From contig NC_067399.1 in assembly GCF_016432865.1 (NCBI RefSeq), forward strand, positions 108,996,001 to 109,060,000: a DNA stretch of 64,000 nt, written 5' to 3'. Made by a program: the position numbers and the translations under genes. The notes beneath the pieces were generated by a model that worked only from the letters and a program-made list of their open reading frames with translations, did not search any database and was not told the DNA's origin. Source of the stretch: Antechinus flavipes (taxonomy: Eukaryota). This document shows positions 60,791-64,000 of the stretch, in pieces (position 1 is the stretch's first letter; every line of letters starts with the position of its first letter).

Positions 60791-61653
60791 TAATTGTACC
60801 TCATATTTGGAAAGTATGAGGCATTAACATTCATTTATGTAGTCCTGTATTAATTAAATATTTAGATTAGTTTATGATTTCTCTGGAAAAAAGCTTGTTC
60901 CTGAGTTAATGAGACAAAGACAGATACATTTTGAAGAAGCAAAGACAAGGAAAAGGGTCTAGGCTTGACAAGTGTGAGTTAGGATAGAAATGGAGGAGGG
61001 GATATAAGAACAAACTTCATCCACCTCCAAATTTGGCATGGGGCTGGCCTTGTGTATAGTCCTGCCTAAATTCTTGAATCCAAAGATAAAAATGAAGTTT
61101 GGTCATTAGTTTATTCAGATTTCCTAAACAATAGAGTAGAGATATATCTGAGGATAAGGTTTTCAAAGAACAAATTTGATGATTATCTGTGTTTTTTAGT
61201 AACTTTATCATTAGAAAATCACCTGGTATGATTGAAAGTGCCTTTTTGCTGTAGTGTTGCATTCTTCTGGGTGGGGAGGGGTGCATTGGTGGAGAGTGAG
61301 GGAGAAATGATAGATAGATAAGAGATAAATAGATTAATCTCAGAGCTCTCCATCTTCCAAAGTGAAGGAGTAATTAATTTTGTGAATAGATTGCATTACA
61401 AAGAGCTACAAGTGAAGAGAGGACATGCTGAAGTGCCTATTCCCAAATTTATAGACTTTGCCTGGGAATCCCAAGTACTTCAGAACTATCTGTCCTCATA
61501 TAAACTCATCTCTCTTTTGACTATTTTAAATGACTAGATAATGGGGGGGAGAGATAAAGTTAGTTACCTTCATCAGACCTTGGCACTGACAGTCTTCACT
61601 CTAACAAAATTACCTAAATTGTATATGTGAGGGAGGGATAGGGGGAGGAGTGC

Positions 61654-61693
<40 letters not shown>
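61654..61693. repeat. (TG)n microsatellite
   Basis: Direct reading of sequence. Confidence 0.95.
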
Positions 61694-61695
<2 letters not shown>

Positions 61696-62209
61696 ATCTT
61701 CCTCTCTACATGTGCACACACAGGATAGATAGACCCATTTTTCACTGCAGCAAAGTGGCATTAAAGGGGGCAGAGAATTACTTAAGAATAGTCCAGGTCT
61801 TAGATTCTTTATAATATTAACTTGGTTATTAGTATTCAAAATGCTCAGGAGACCGACAAACAAGTAGGTGACTTTTGGAAGACCAAAATGCATCTTGACA
61901 TTTTTACTATTTTTTCACTATAAATTAAATTTATGGCAAGATAAAGCAAAAAAAAAATTGAAGATAAATGATAGTTCATTGGTTTTCCTTGTAGAATAAA
62001 ATAAAATAGATCAAGTTGGTTTTACCTGTGTGGAATTGGCTTTATCATGCACCCAAGGGAGATCATTTAATGGTTTATTTGATCATTTCGTATTGTAATG
62101 CTTATTATAAGTAACGGGGAAAAATCAGTATAAAACAAATGAGAAAGATTTATTAAATACCAACTATTAATCCAGTGGCTGTCTTTGTATTATCTGATTT
62201 GATTCACAT

Positions 62210-62375
62210 AAAAACCCTGAAAGTTAAATACTTTTATCATTCCCATTTTATAGGTGAGGACATTGAGGTGACTTGCTCAGGATCACACAGCTAAATATCT
62301 AAGCTTGTATTTGAATTCAGTAGCCCAGGTTGTATTTGAACACCAGGCCCAATGTTCTAGCTACTGCATCATCTT
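62210..62375 (-). mobile_element. MIR SINE
   Basis: tcattcccattttataggtgaggacattgag...gtgacttgctcaggatcacacagct...gtatttgaattcag. Confidence 0.75.
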
Positions 62376-62569
62376 GTCTGTGTAGCTTGTGCAACAAAAT
62401 TTCTTACATAGGATAAAGTAGAAGAGTTTATGGAGAACTCAATAAGACCTTCAAATTAAATGAACATGTTTAATCAGTCACTTCAATGAAAAGGTAGAAT
62501 AGGTGAGGTGAGAAAGCATAGCTATAGATAAATAGATGATAGAGAGATAAATAGATGGATGAATGTATG

Positions 62570-63110
62570 AAAAAAGACAGTCATTTGTTATTATGTTTAT
62601 TGCTTTGATTTTGCTTATTTCATTCATTGGTACATTCAAGTCTTATTTCTCCCAATTTTTCCCATTTTTATTTCTTATTGCAAAATTATATTCCATCATA
62701 TTCATATTAATAGGTTTTTTTTTCCAGTCATCATCCAAATGTGGGGGACTATTTTTTCTGGTTCTTTGTTTTAGCAGTCATATTGCTATGAATATTTTGT
62801 AACATTTAATAAAAGAACAAAAAACACTAACATGACCCCCTCTCTCTCCCCTAAAAGAAAATGTCCTGTCTTTGAGCTCTGTCGGGTGAATGTTCCATAA
62901 TAGAATTGCTAGATCAAAGGTCATGGAAATTTTAAACATTATTCTTGCATATTGATAATTGATTTCCAGAACAGTTGGACTAATTCACAGGTCCACCAAT
63001 AGTGTATTAGTGTGACTGTCTTCCCATAATCATATATTTCTGTCACCTTTGCCAATTTGTACATATGAGCTGAATCTGAGTGTTTTTTTTTTTTAATTTG
63101 TGATGAATGT
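62570..63110 (-). mobile_element. Old L1 3' fragment
   Basis: catattgctatgaatattttgt...gaattgctagatcaaagg...tttccagaacagttggactaattcacaggtccaccaatagtgtattagtgtgactgtc. Confidence 0.8.
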
Positions 63111-63489
63111 TTTCTGGGAAAATATAATTTGTAGGCACTGAATTTGGTAAGCATTAAAATAATACTGCAAAATTAAATTGATTCAACTTTATTGACAGGA
63201 AATAACTAATGTGTGAGTGATTTCTGACTTATACATAGTATAGTTTTTTTTTTCCTTATTTACATATATGATATGTATACACACATGTATGATATGTATG
63301 TATGTTTGTATATTTGTGTGTATACAAGCACTGACTTGTTAAAGATCAAAATTGATATAAATCTCAAAATAAGGCCTACAAATTAAAACTATTCAATCCT
63401 AACTATTTCAACTCATTATTAAAGATGAAAAATGCAGTATGGGTATCAGAGAGGACAAAGAAGAAGATCTTAATGATTTCATTCAGAAG

Positions 63490-63655
63490 GTTTTTTTGTT
63501 TATTTTTGGGGGAGTGGCAATTGGGCTTAAGTGACTTGCCCAGGGTCACATAGCTAGTCAGTGTTAAATATCTGAGGCTAGATTTGAACTTCCTAAAGTT
63601 CCTAAAGGTCTTCCTAAAGGACTAGTGTTCTAGTCTCTGGGCCATCTAACTGCTC
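63490..63655 (-). mobile_element. WSINE1-type SINE
   Basis: tttttgggggagtggcaattgggcttaagtgacttgcccagggtcacatagctagtcagtgttaaatatctgaggctagatttgaact; B-box region carries three cctaaag copies. Confidence 0.85.
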
Positions 63656-63679
63656 ATAGAAATTTAACTGATGTAAATA

Positions 63680-63970
63680 CTTTGTCATAATCAGAAGATG
63701 AAACGAGCCAATGAAATGCTCCAACTGGCAGACAACTATGTCAGTCAAAGGTGATGACAGTTTAAAATACAAAATCATCTATAAAAAAATGAACAAGGAG
63801 TATTTGAAAATTATCAGCTATATCAACTCATTAAACAGAGAAAAGTAAATAATAAAGTAAAAAATAAAACTGATTTAAGGAAAGCTACCTGAGAGACCCA
63901 AATAATCATAGCAATTCCAATGATATTTAAGGATTTAAAAAAATGGAAGGCAAGAAAGAGAAGAAAAGTA
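63680..63970 (+). mobile_element. RTE LINE ORF fragment
   Basis: tttaaaatacaaaatcatctataaaaaaatgaacaaggagtatttgaaaattatcagc...aaaactgatttaaggaaagct resembles RTE EYKLICKILRRRMMEDYEQY...KTSLKKA. Confidence 0.5.
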
Positions 63971-64000
63971 CAAAGTTTGTCTTACCAAATTTTCTAACTA

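Noticed and set aside
1-64000. CRISPR array, prokaryotic operon or defence system
   Set aside because: The sequence is mammalian non-coding DNA with no regularly spaced repeat-spacer array and no gene-dense coding structure.

Overview
Non-coding vertebrate nuclear DNA, AT-rich and CpG-depleted, almost certainly from a marsupial. The repeat set (WSINE1-type and MAR1-type CORE-SINEs, marsupial RTE and L1 remnants, an OC1/OposCharlie-type hAT MITE) best fits an Australian, dasyurid-like genome; this is inferred from recalled repeat consensus sequences, with no database search. I found no supportable protein-coding gene, RNA gene, CRISPR array or viral insertion. The ORF track is explained by low-complexity sequence, retroelement remnants and N-runs. 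About 19-44 kb is densely packed with old LINE/SINE debris. Between the repeats are unique islands that retain CpGs and look like conserved non-coding regulatory elements, most densely at about 44.8-58.5 kb. All five N gaps (130-260 bp) fall inside such islands, so the most conserved sequence may be what is missing. The best leads are the gap/island association, an OC1-type MITE carrying a ~106 bp foreign insert, a HAL1-like element with an unexplained CpG-retaining core, a nuclear-receptor/E-box motif cluster, and a possible plus-strand spliced non-coding transcript. Repeat boundaries are approximate (about +/-30 bp). No previously undescribed biological system can be supported from the sequence alone.
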